The position numbers and the translations under genes were made by a program. DNA of 60,546 nucleotides, the filler included, from Basidiobolus meristosporus CBS 931.73 (lineage: Eukaryota > Fungi > Basidiobolomycota), in NCBI GenBank assembly GCA_002104905.1. It is 3 parts of 3 records of this genome, joined end to end, with 100 filler letters (N's around TTAATTAATTAA, not from the genome) between each part and the next. Parts side by side here need not be neighbours in the genome. Positions count along the whole stretch, not along the records: positions 1 to 16,517 come from MCFE01001120.1; positions 16,618 to 29,435 come from MCFE01001224.1; 1 more part is not named here. One strand, written 5' to 3'. Below the pieces are notes generated by a model that saw only the letters and a list, made by a program, of their open reading frames with translations, ran no database searches and was not told the DNA's origin. Shown one piece after another: positions 12,720-24,649 of this stretch (position 1 is its first letter; each line of letters opens with the position of its first letter).

Positions 12720-15700
12720 TTTTGTCTGTTTAAGTGCCTCTTGGTCACTTGTAGCTATAATTAGGTCATCCACATAAAGAACTAGGGTGATCACACCCTT
12801 TTTGGGCTGTTTCACATAAATACTGTGATCTGCAGTGCTTACAAGAGAGCCCAATTTCCTCTAGATATGTGTCAATCTTGTTATACTCTGCTTTAGGTGC
12901 CTTTTTAAGCCTATACAACAGTTTCTATGTTTGCACATGTTATGGGGGTCTTCTGGATTGGTATACCCTTCTGGTTGCTCCATATATGATAGTTTCTTGC
13001 AAATCCCCATTTAGAAAGGCTGTTTTGACATCCATTTAGATATAGATTGGAACTATGTGCAGCTGCCATGGCTGGAACTGTCCTGACAGAGTTAAACTTG
13101 GCAACTGGAGCAAATGCTTCCTTAAAGTCTAGTCCCTGGATCTGGGAATAACCTTCAGCCACCAATTTAGCCTTGTACTCATCAATGGCACCATTTGAGG
13201 TTATCTTGATCTTGTATATCCATCTACATCCTATTGGCTTTCTCCCATTTGGTAAATCTACCATTTTGCATGTTTTAGCCTTGATCAGTGATTGGTACTC
13301 CTCCTGCATGGCTTGTTGCCACATTGTAGCATCTAGACTTTGCATTGCCTGTTCCAGATTCTGGGGTTTGGCACATAAGGCAAGAGAAGCTTCTTTGTGA
13401 TCATTGGATGTCTGCCACCAGGATCCAGGGGCATTTCTTATTCTGGTGGATCTCCTAACTGGGATATTCTGCTCTGATCTGGAACTTGTAGAATTATCTG
13501 CAGTATCAGGCTGAATTAGGTACGTATCTTTTTCATTAGTTTTGATTGCATCATCAGGTAGCTGGCCAATGATTTCAGTGGCTTTGTGATTTGAATTCTT
13601 CTCAAATACAACATCCCTACTGTTGAGCAGCTTCTGAGTCTTGCCATCATACACCCTATACCCTTTAGTATCTCCACAATACCCAAGAAAGTTCCCTTTC
13701 TTACTCTTAAACTGCAGTAGTAACAGATTCAGCCCAAATCCTGTAGTCCATTCCCTTATCATGTAGCATAGATCTTCCCATCTCTACTATTGTTGTATTT
13801 GCACATTCTGCTACTCCATTTTGCTGTGGAGTATGAGGAACTGTGGTTTGTTGAAGTATACCAGTAGATGAGCAGTATTTTGTAAACTCATTTGAGCAGT
13901 ATTCTTCTCCATTGTCACTTTGTAGTACCTACAATTTACACCCAGTTTGTGTTTCTGCCATGTTCTTGAAGTGATTAAATGTCTCTAACGCTTCATCCTT
14001 TGTTTTGAGGAAGTAAACCCATGTATTTCTTGTTTTATCATAATGTCATAAAGTATCTCTTGGCTTAAAAGGACAGTGTTCTCATGGGGTCACATATGTC
14101 TGAATGTACAATAGCCAATATTTCGGTGGTATTGATGCCTTCAAGCTTGTTGAACATTGTCTAGATTGTTTGCCATGTGAACATTGCTTACAAACATTCA
14201 ACTTGATTGGAATTGAGTATTTTAGGCCCAAAACCAGCTGATTTTCACCAATTGGCCCATTTTCTGATGTCAAATGTGTCCTAGCCTCCTATGCCATGTC
14301 TCCCAGTTAGTTCTATCAGTTTCAGCAACATTGACATACTCAGGCACAATGATCTTGCATTGTAACTTGTATACATTGTGATCTCTGATTCCCAAAGCTG
14401 ATTTTTCTCCATTCTCACTCAATATTGAGCAGTTCATCTTAGTAAAGACAAATTTCAGTCCCTGAGCAGTTGCTTTACTGACTGAGAGCAGGTTCCTGGC
14501 TATTCCAGGTACATAGAGTATGTCAGTCAGTCTTGCTGTTGTTACCCCTGAGCTATTGCTCATATTAAGTTGTATAGACCCACTGGCAGTAGCTTCCAGA
14601 GCAGAGTTATCTCCCAGATAAACCTTTCTTACAGGAATAGTCTTTAAGTTGCTGAACCACTCCTTTATACTAAGATATGCTATGATGCTCCAGAGTCACT
14701 ATACCATTCATTACTTTGGTTACTTGCATTCTCTTGTATGGTTACAAATAACTGTTCATCAGTAATTATATGGTTTGCCTGCTCTAGTTTTGGTTTTTTG
14801 TCTGCTTGTTTCTCCTTACCATCTCTTGCCCAGTATCCTGGCTTTTTACAGTAGTTACAGCAACCAGGTTTTCTTTGGTTTTATTGCTTTCCCTTCTTTT
14901 CTGAGTGCCTTTCTGAACTGAAAAAAGCATAATCTTCAATTTTCTCTGCTTGAACATTACGTCTGAGTTCTTCATGGAGAAGTCTTCCATTGACATATTG
15001 TAAAGCTCTTCTGCAAGTGTCTCCTTTCTGGTAAGGAGTTGTAGCTTGTCATCATCTGACTACTTCCTCATGTTGAAGAGCTTTTGTTTTATATAAAGCT
15101 TGCTTGAAACTGACTTTGCTCTAAAGATCTTCTCTAAGAATTCCCATGCTGCTTAGGCAGTTTTTGAGGTGTGGATTTGTCCAATGAAGGAATCTTGCAC
15201 ATTGATGCATATGGCATTAAAGGCCATTCTCTCCCTCTCTTGAAATTTCTCCACTTGTTCTGCTGTTCCTTTGGGCTCAACTTCTTTCCTGTTACTATAT
15301 TCCAAAGCTTCCTTTCCTCAAGGTGGCTCTGCATCTTGACTCTCCAAAGTCTGTAGTTCTTCCCATCAAACCTCTCCTTTACTGGGAAGATGTTTTTGTT
15401 GTTCTGTTTGATGGTAGAAGTCATATTTGGAATAGATCAAGGCAACTTGGGCTCATAATCTGGTGCAATCTAAGAAGTTATTTGGATATAAGGAGCTTAT
15501 CAAGAAATTGTGATAATAGTTGAACTGTTGTTTACTAATAAAGAAGCTAAGTATTTATACCTTAGTTGAAGTAATACAGCTGTAACACTAAGTAAGGAGG
15601 GTTTCTCAATATTCAGCAACATTCTGTAGCAGTTTCACTGTTAGTACATAATGTTTAGTAATAATGCTAATTTGATCCTGACTATAAGGGAATAATCATA

Positions 15701-15827
15701 AGATCATAGATCTGAAGAAAGTGGCAAAGTTAGAGCTGTTAATTAGTCCCACAATGACCAAGACTAATCCAGAATTGTAAGTAAATTTTAGCTGCAGAAT
15801 GATACCAAATAGTTCAATATTTCAACA
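12720..15827 (-). mobile_element. Truncated, more decayed copia A copy 2 (5' LTR 15461-15827, gag to mid-RT)
   Basis: Colinear with 4520-7894 with internal deletions; ORFs 12911-13762, 14270-14563, 15134-15424; mutated PBS GATTATGAGCCC. Confidence 0.92.
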
Positions 15828-16178
15828 GAAACCTCTCTGTCTTTGTATCTAGTGACCACAGCTGCACTCTTACAATGTCTCTGCAGGTGGAGTTTACAGT
15901 TGTTTTGACTTTGGAAGCTTTAGTCCATTGTAATCCTAAAGAACATTTAACCCAGCACATACTTGTGTCCAGATGCAAACTAAGTTGCAGAGTTTAGCTC
16001 AATAGTTTTCCCTTGTCAAGCTTGTGGCTTTACTCCCCTTCACATTAGATCAATGCTAAAACCCCAAGTGTTCCTAGCAAGCTTTTTCCAAAGGTTATTG
16101 CACCTAGCAAACACTCCATACACAAGAAACTTGAGGAGTGTTGGATGTATCTCTCCCTTGGACTTATACAACACCACA
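15828..16178 (+). repeat. Old family-C LTR, 3' fragment
   Basis: Similar to ~3430-3774, ending ...ACACCACA; followed by sequence matching ~10350-10650. Confidence 0.75.
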
Positions 16179-16517
16179 TCACACCTATAAAGGGGACCAG
16201 AATTCAGCAGCAGGAAGGAATATATTGGCTAATTAACCAAAAGTACTTTGCAGATGTTCAGGTGGTATTCATGACAGAAGTGGTGGCAACTAAGCAAATG
16301 TTTGCAAGATGGTATATGCTACCAGTAATAAATGTTATATGGCAACTTTGCAAATATCACACTAAAAAAGCCGCAAAGTTGAGGGAGTAGAGGTATATCA
16401 CTTGTGGGAAGGTGTGCCATGCTTGAAGAAGTTAGTAAGTAGGAGGCCATAGTTTTTTTGATTCAAACTATATGTGGAATACACAAGGTAGTAGTGAGTA
16501 AGCAAATAAAGGTGGGT

Positions 16518-16617
16518 NNNNNNNNNNNNNNNNNNNNNNNNNNNNNNNNNNNNNNNNNNNNTTAATTAATTAANNNNNNNNNNNNNNNNNNNNNNNNNNN
16601 NNNNNNNNNNNNNNNNN
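16518..16617. other. Artificial 100-bp scaffold linker
   Basis: 44 N + TTAATTAATTAA (stop in all six frames) + 44 N. Confidence 0.99.
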
Positions 16618-16810
16618 GGTCCTATCTAGCACTACAACTGGTTTGTATAGGCTTTACCTTAAGGCTAATATCTAAATACAGTGCCTGATAGTGCCAGTGG
16701 ACCAAGATAGTGCCATGCATTTTTGTGACATGTTACAATGAATACCTCTGATACACCACACTGCTCTACTTGTTGTATAGGCTTGTAATACCACCTAAAT
16801 AGTCATCCAG

Positions 16811-18964
16811 TGTGATGGTGTATAAGTCCAAAGGGCAAAATACGGCCAACACTTCTCAAGTGTGAATGTGTGTGGGGTGTTCACTGGGTGCAATAACCTC
16901 TGGCAAAAGCTTGCTAGGAATTCTGGGTCTTTTGTCTAATCTAATGTGAAGGGGGATAAAGCCTCAAGCTTGTCAAGGGAAAACTATTGAACTACAATCC
17001 CCAACTTAGTTAGCGTCTTAACAAAAGTTTATAATGGCTTCAACATCCTGTGAGATGACAATGTACCAAAGCTTCCAAAGTCAAAACAACTGTAAACTTC
17101 ACCAACAGGGACTTGATACAAATGCAGCTTTGACCAATAGTTACAAAGACTGAAAAGTATCATTGCCTGTACAAGAGCAAACTTGGGAAAACAATCAAAT
17201 ATAATAAAATATATCTACTCTGAGTATTCCTCACAAGTAGTGCCTCCAAGGTCAGTTGGCTGTCAGCATGGTTTCCTGGGAGTATTGTCAGGTCTGAGTC
17301 AGAAATTAGTGGTAATAGGTAGCGGTGTAGTGGGGTGACAGTGACACCCACTGACAGATGTGCTTATTCCCCTATTTCCTACTTTCCTATATCTCTACTA
17401 CACTTATTTTAGTTTTATTCCATTTGTCTTACCCAATCAGTACCATCCCATAAGCCGGTTGACTATCCCACCTGCTTACCTTATTGCATAAGTTACCCCT
17501 CACTTTATGTAGATTACTGGCTATAAGTGCTTCTATATTAGGCAAGTGCCCGTGCCAGTACCTGTGACACATGATCAACCCATGTTACCATCCCTACCAT
17601 TTCCAATCCATATATGGTATCCCTATGTTACACAGGTTTCAGTATACTGATTCCTGATTGGTTGGATGTGCTGTGCCTCTTAGAACCTTCTGGCACCTAC
17701 TTAGAACATTCTTAGGTCATTCTGATGTCATTAAGACTTCTATTTGATATCTGGAACCTTCTGGAACACCATGATTAGTAGTCACTTAGTCAGTAAGAAA
17801 GGTATATAAGGGAGGCTATCTCTCAACAATAAATCATCATCCCTTTTATCAATATACCAACTTGTTGATTAGTGTGATCACTGCTACCTGCTGCTACCTG
17901 AACTTCCAACCCCAGACCACAGGACACTCCCAGGAAACCGTGCTGACAGCCAACTGACCTTGGAGGCACTACTTGTGAGGAATACTCAGAGTAGATATAT
18001 TTTATTATATTTGATTGTTTTCCCAAGTTTGTTCTTGTACAGGCAAAGATACTTTTCTGTCTTTGTAACTATTGACCACAGCTGCATTCTTATCAAGTCC
18101 CTGCTGGTGGAGTTTACAGTTGTTTTGACTTTGGAAGCTTTAGTACATTGTCATCTCAAAGGACACTGAGCCCAGCACATACTTTTGTTAAGACGCCAAC
18201 TAAGTTGGGGATTGTAGCTCAATAGTTTTCCCTTGACAAGCTTGTGGCTTTATTCCCCTTCACATTAGATTAGAGACAGAACCCAAGTATTCCTAGCTAG
18301 CTTTTGCCAGAGGTTATTGCACCCAGTAAACACCCCACACACAAAATACTTGAGAAGTGTTGGACGTATCTCTCCCTTGGACTTATACACCACCACAGCA
18401 GTGATCTCACTAATCAATAAGTTGGAATATTGGAAGAGGGATGATTTATTTTAAGGGATAGCCTCCCTTATATACTTTTTTGCTGCTCAAATTCTTGCTA
18501 GAAAATACTTTCTGGAAGTTTGCAGAAGGTAGTAGACAGCCAAACATGTCATTGAGTACTAAAAATAGCTCAAATTCTTGGTGGATTGTTCCATGAGACA
18601 TAGTAGCACCTAGCCAATCAGATAGAGGTAATATGAAACCTCTGTGTCATGTAATTACCTCATATGGTAGTAGAATAGGAGGGTTAAGAAACCAGGATGG
18701 TCACATGACATAAGCACTGCTGGGGGTACTTGCCTTATATGGTAACTTTCTTATCTTTGCATCTTGGCAAGGAATAGGAATAGCTTGTGCAATGGGTTAA
18801 TAGTGACAAATAGTTTGCCGGGTTGCATAGTAATAATCACATAGACAGATAGAAAATATTGCAATTTGGGATGATACTAATATGGGGAGGGTAATCCTTT
18901 TTAGGGAAGTGAACATATGGGAATGAGCACATCTGCCTGTGGGTGTCACTGTGACCCCACTACA
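16811..18964 (-). mobile_element. Older, diverged family-C solo LTR in reverse orientation, itself interrupted
   Basis: Reverse complement of 2704-3774 in two pieces (16811-17325, 18398-18964); flanks CCAG/TTGG. Confidence 0.85.
17326..18397 (+). mobile_element. Family-C solo LTR copy 2
   Basis: Highly similar to 2704-3774; TGTAG...CCACA; TSD GCGG (17322-17325) / GCAG (18398-18401). Confidence 0.92.
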
Positions 18965-19276
18965 TTGGCTTAGTTACTTAGATAATGATCTAAAAATCTC
19001 AGGGAATACTCACCAAATTCCTTGTTGGGATTTACTTAAAATATTTCCACCAAAATATCTAGTACCCAGAACATGAAAATTCTCAAAGTTATCCAAGCAG
19101 CACCAAACTTTGCACACATGCTCTTGGGCCCTTCCTAGGCCTGTTCTATGTGCTTGTTAAGCAAAGACCATGTAAAGTACAAATGCTACTCTTACATTCA
19201 ATTTATCCTTAAGTGAGAACCACTTAGTCTACTTGTTCACCCAATCACTTCCAATAACTCCAAGATTCTTACAACA

Positions 19277-19930
19277 CTTCTCACCACTGATGGTGAGTTC
19301 TGCTGCTTCAACAGCTCCTAATATAGCATCATTGTCCACAATGTGGTTGTAGACAAAGTTTCCTACTCCAGGCATAACCACAGTGGTGTCCCAGAACTTT
19401 GGGCCTTTGATGGCTATGTCATCCACAAGGACAGTGCATTTTTCATGCATAAGCTGGTAGATCATATTCACTATGCTTCTCTGAGGTGGAGCCACAGAGT
19501 TTGTAGCCCCTTGGCTGAGTCTTGTCATCAATAACAGTCCAAATAGTGTCTGGAGTGCAAACATATCTATTGATGTCTCATCTAAGGTAATCTGGTCATA
19601 TCCTGAGTGGAGATCATATATTGAGTAGATAGAGAGGCCACTAAGGCTTGCTGCAAATTCATCAATAGATGGAGGTATTGCAGCATCTTTGATAGTGACA
19701 GCATTTGCATGTTGCAAGTCTTGTATGAACAAAAGCTTTCCATTTATCTTTTTGGTCACAACCCATCTATTAGCATGAGGTCTGTGACAAAACTATGGCA
19801 CAGCAGCATCAGTCTTCTTCTAGGGTAGGTCATGCTCATTGACTTGGAGTGCTCTGGGCAGTGGGTAAGGCTCAAATGACCAGGGTGTGTGAGGCACTGT
19901 ATGAATCTTGGTAGGTTTTTCAATCAACAT
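19277..19930 (-). pseudogene. Ty3/gypsy reverse-transcriptase remnant (continues at ~16618-16770)
   Basis: KIHTVPHTPWSFEP..HANRWVVTKK..FIQDLQHANAVTIKDA..DLHSGYDQI..MTRLSQGATNSVA..LVDDIAIKG..ISGEK. After the LTR insertion it resumes with a QCGVSEVFIV-like stretch. Confidence 0.85.
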
Positions 19931-19936
19931 CTTTAA

Positions 19937-22900
19937 TGTTGTAAGAATTTGTAATTCCACCTAAATACTCACCTAACTTAGTCACTTAGATAATAACCTT
20001 CAAATCCTAGTGAATACTGACCAAATTCCTTGTTGGGATTTACTTAGAATATGCTCATTAAAATACCAGGTACCCTAAACATGAAATATCTCAAAGTTGT
20101 CCAAACAGCCCCAATCTTTGCACTCATGCTCTTAGGGCCTTCCTTAATCTATTCTACATGTGAGCTATGCCAAGGCCATGTAAAAGTATAAATACTACTT
20201 TTACATTCAATAAATCATTAAGTGAAAGCCACATAATCTACTTGTTCTCCCAAATCACTTCCAATATCTCCAAGACTCTTACAACAGGTTATGAGCCCCA
20301 AGCTGTCTCTCTCCGTAATGTCCACTGCTGCTATTACCGGAGTTTTTCCCTCTGCTGAAAAGCTTGATGGATCAAACTACCAAGTGTGGAAGGTGAAGAC
20401 AAAGATGCTGCTACAAGAAAGAGGCCTTTGGGATATCATTATTGGAGATGAATGCCCTCCTAAAAATGTGGGAGAGGAAGCCTTAAAGTACTAGAAGAAA
20501 CAACAAAGTGCTTTTAACTGCAATATGCCTTAAAGTTAAAGACAAATTGCTAATTCAATGCTCAAGAGCAACACAGCAAAGAATGCCTGGAAGGCATTAG
20601 AAGGCACCTACTAGTCATGTTCAGCTGCTAAGAAAATGTATCTGAGACAAAAATTCTTTACTACAAAGATGCAGCCAGGAGAAGAAATGAAAAATCTAAT
20701 TTACAGAATTACCCTGCTGGTAGATGAGATGGAATCTGTAGGCATACCAACTACCAATGAGGATGTGACAGTTACCATCCAGAATAGCCTGACAGACAAG
20801 TCTGGGGGCCTTGTACTAGCCCCAGAGTCCAGAACTGAAGATTTGACGTAGAGTACATTTATGCAAGGCTCCTGGATGAAGAATTAAGAAAATCAAGCAC
20901 CAATAAGAACAAAGAAGAAAATGCATTAATAAGCAATGATAACCAATAAAGGATGTACCTAAGACCCTAAAAAGGCAACAGCAACCTGTTTTGCAACTAC
21001 TGCAAAAGGAAAGGATACACATCAGACCAGTGCCTCAAAAAGAGAGATAATTAGCAAAAGAATCCGGAATACGGAAATGCTGCAACAACTCAAGATAGAC
21101 TATTCATATCTGCACTAAATATGATCACAAACAAGGATTCTAAGGTGTGGTATATTGACTCTGGAGCATCTCAACACTTCACACACCAAAAAGAACTTTT
21201 TACCCAATATCAAGAAATCCCAATTAACAAGGTTTTCATTGGTGACAATAGAGCACTTGATGCAGTCGGAGAAGGAACTAGCCAAGTAAACCTTAGAAGC
21301 AGTGAAGGAAGCCATACAATAACCTTTAAAGTAGTACTCTTTGTACCAGAAATAGCCTAGTACTAACTATCTATATGCAAGACCACAGCAGAGGACTCAG
21401 TTTCAGCTTTGACAATTCTGGATGCAGGATCACTGATCAAATGGTGCCCATATTGCTCTGGGTATTCAAGATCAAAATCTATACAAGCTGACTTATATTT
21501 CATCATATCTGGAAGCCAATAAAAGTAACTTAAATGAAGAAACACCAATGATCAGCTAATTTCTGGAGTAAAAGTTGATCTCTCAGCTAGTTTGGAGCAC
21601 TGAGAAGCCTGCATATATGGGAAACAAGCCAGACAACTGTTCAAGAGCTCTGGCTTAATCAAATCTAAGAAAAAATTAGATCTAATTCATTCAGATCTGT
21701 GTGGACCTATGCAAAACTACCCCTAGGCAGGATGAGGTATTTAGTTACTTTTATTGATGATTATACAAGTTACATTTGGGTATTCTTCATGGAGAGAAAG
21801 AAAGAAGCTCTGTCTAAGTTCAGGGAGCTCAAAGGTATGGTGGAGAGAGTAACTAGTGAAAAAATCAAGAAAATATGCTCTGACAATGGTTGAGAATATA
21901 CCTCAAAACTCTTCATCCACTTCTGCAAAATTCATGGGATAAAGCAAGATACTACTGTATCATACTCCCCACAGCAAAATGGAGTAGCAGAACAAGCTAA
22001 CAGATTCATAATTGATATGGCAGGATCTGTGATTGATGATCAAAAATTATCCTATGATTTTAGGCAGAATCAGTGGCCACTGCTGTAAACCTTAAAAATA
22101 GTAGTTATAGCAGAATACTTGGTGATATTACCCCATTTGAAGCATGGTATTGGTACAGACCAAGTGCAGAACATCTAAGAATATTTGGGTGTACAGTATA
22201 TGCCAAGAAACTGCCTAGAAATCAGTCAAAATTTGAGCCAAAAAATGTAAAATGCAATTTTTGGGCTACTGCAATGAGAGTAAGGCCTACAGACTCTACA
22301 ATACCAAAGCAAAGAAGCCAATCAAGTCCAGGCATGTTTTGTTTGATGAAAATATGATCAAACAAAGATTTGGAGATCTGCAATAACTGAGGAATATCTG
22401 CCATATTGAAAAATCAAATATGGGACTTGGTCAAGTTACTGATCAACCAAAAATCAATTGGATGCTGATGGGTCTTTGCGACAATGCATAAGGCTGATGG
22501 TAGAATTAAAAGATACAAAGCAAGACTTGTGGCCAAAGAATACTCTGAAACAAAAGGACTTGACTATACTGAGACCTTTGCATTGGTAGCCAAGTTTAAT
22601 TCCATCAGATTAATATTGGCTATTGCAGCCAATATAAGTTTTTTAACTATAAATAGATGTAAAAACTACATTTTGAATGGAGAACTTGATGAGGATGTGT
22701 ATATGGACAAGCCTGATGGGTTTACTGACCAAGATAACCCCCATTTATTCTGCAGGCTTAAAAAGTCTCTATATGGTCTTAAACAAATACCAAGAGCCTG
22801 GAATTTCATGATGAATTCTTATTTGGAGTCTTTGAGCTTCAAAAGGAGTAAAGCTGACAATAGTATATACTATAAGCCAGATAGAGCTAATCCAGCTCTA

Positions 22901-24007
22901 TTAGTTCTATATGAGGATGATCTTATTATAGCTGCCAATAGCCTAGCAACATTGGAAGTGACTAAATCCAGCCTATCTAAGGAGTTCAAGATGTCCAATC
23001 TAGGAGAACTCAGTTACTACTTAGGGATTGAGCTCTCCATAGACAGAAGTACCCACACTATTACCCTAAGCCAATCCAAGTATATTGAAGATATATTAAA
23101 GAAGTACCAAATGGAAGACTCTAAACCAGCAGCTACCCCAATGGAGACAAACCTTAACTTGGTCAAAACTCAACCAACTCAAGAGAGCTTGGTGCCATGT
23201 GAAAGTCCTGAATTTCCTTATCAATCAACAGTTGGCAGTCTGATGTATATCATGCTTGGAACACATCCAGATATCTCATATTCAGTAGGAGTTGTCAGCC
23301 AACATAATCAGAACTATAGATCTGATCATATTGCAGCAGTTAAGCAGATTTTTAGATACCTAAAAGGAACTGCTGATATCTGCTTAAGATACACTTATAA
23401 GGATCCAGAACAGGATCTTGTGGGATACTCTGATGCTGATTAGGGACAAAATTTGGAAGACATAAGATCCTTTACAGGATACACCTTTCTTTACTGTAAA
23501 GGAGCAATTTCATGGAACTCAAGAAAGCAACTAATTGTAGCTCTTTCTACCACAGAGGCAGAGTATATGGCAGCCTGTGAAGCTACAAAAGATGCAATGT
23601 GGTTAAGAAAGCTTTTTACAGAATTAGGCCTATGTCAAAAAAGGCCTATTACTTTATTTCAAGATAATCAAGGATGTACACAATTAGGAAGAAATCCAGC
23701 TTTTCATGCTAGAGCTAAACACATAGAGATTAGACATCTTTGCATATATGAAGCTATAGAGAATAACTTAGTTAGCTTAGTTTACTGTCCTACAGATGAA
23801 ATGATTGCAGACATATTTACCAAACCATTAGCTAGAGGCAAGTCTGAGTGTCTTAGGTCAAAATTAGGACTAGTCAGTATGAACATCTAGCTGAGTGGGA
23901 CTATTCTAAAAATTTGCAATTCCATCTAAATATTCAATTAACTTGGTCACTTGGATCATTATCTTCATATTCTAGAGAATACTGACCAAGTTCCTTGTTG
24001 GGACTTA
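19937..24007 (+). mobile_element. Decayed Ty1/copia family B element
   Basis: 5' LTR 19937-20286 (TGTTGTAA..TTACAACA); PBS GGTTATGAGCCCCAA at 20287; fragments of gag, protease (WYIDSGASQH), integrase, RT (22484-23443) and RNase H (23453-23890); purine tract, then a diverged, truncated 3' LTR ~23902-24007. Confidence 0.93.
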
Positions 24008-24649
24008 CAAACACTGTCTGACATTGAGGGTAACACCATCTGGCTCAGTGGGCCATTTGCTGGGAGTAGGCATGGCAAAGCACTCTGGGTAGAGAATCAT
24101 CCAGAATTCAGTATAGGGTACAAATATACAGCAAACTTAGCTTATATAAGAGAGTGTTGTCAGGGATTACAATGTATTACAGCTTATAGGAGGCCAAGGA
24201 ATGGGGTGCTTAGCAGAAAGCAGAAGCTATAGAGTGCAATTTTTAATCATTTCAGAGTGGGAGTAGAGTTTTTTGGATATTTAACAAGATTCAGCATATT
24301 GGCAGGCAAATACAGACAAAAGCCATGTATAGGAGAAAACAGCAGGGTGGGTAAAATAGTCAACCTACATATCAAGGCACAGTGTTATTCTTACAAGAAG
24401 GCATCCATTGAAATATATGTGTCTCAAGCATTTTGAAGAGTGAATAAAGCAGGAAAAGCACTACTCTGAGCAATCTAAGCAAGATTGAGTGAAATTACCA
24501 GTAACTGTATTCTACCACTGGCATTGTGGTAGAAAGTATGGTGCCAGATAGTGTCATAGGGTGCCAGATTAAGCTGGCACTATAAACAGTCTGACATTAT
24601 ATGGCGCTATCCAACAGAACTAGTCTATTACATCCTGTTGCATATGACT

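Larger units (their letters stand above)
16771..19276 (+). mobile_element. Family-B solo LTR split by nested family-C LTRs
   Basis: Starts TGTTGTATAGG..CCACCTAAAT (16771-16810), resumes at 18965, ends TTACAACA at 19276. Flanks CTACT/CTTCT (probable TSD, 4/5 match). Lies inside a gypsy RT remnant. Confidence 0.8.

Noticed and set aside
16562-16573. TTAATTAATTAA as a biological palindrome or repeat
   Set aside because: Embedded symmetrically in Ns at both gaps; it is a synthetic six-frame-stop linker.
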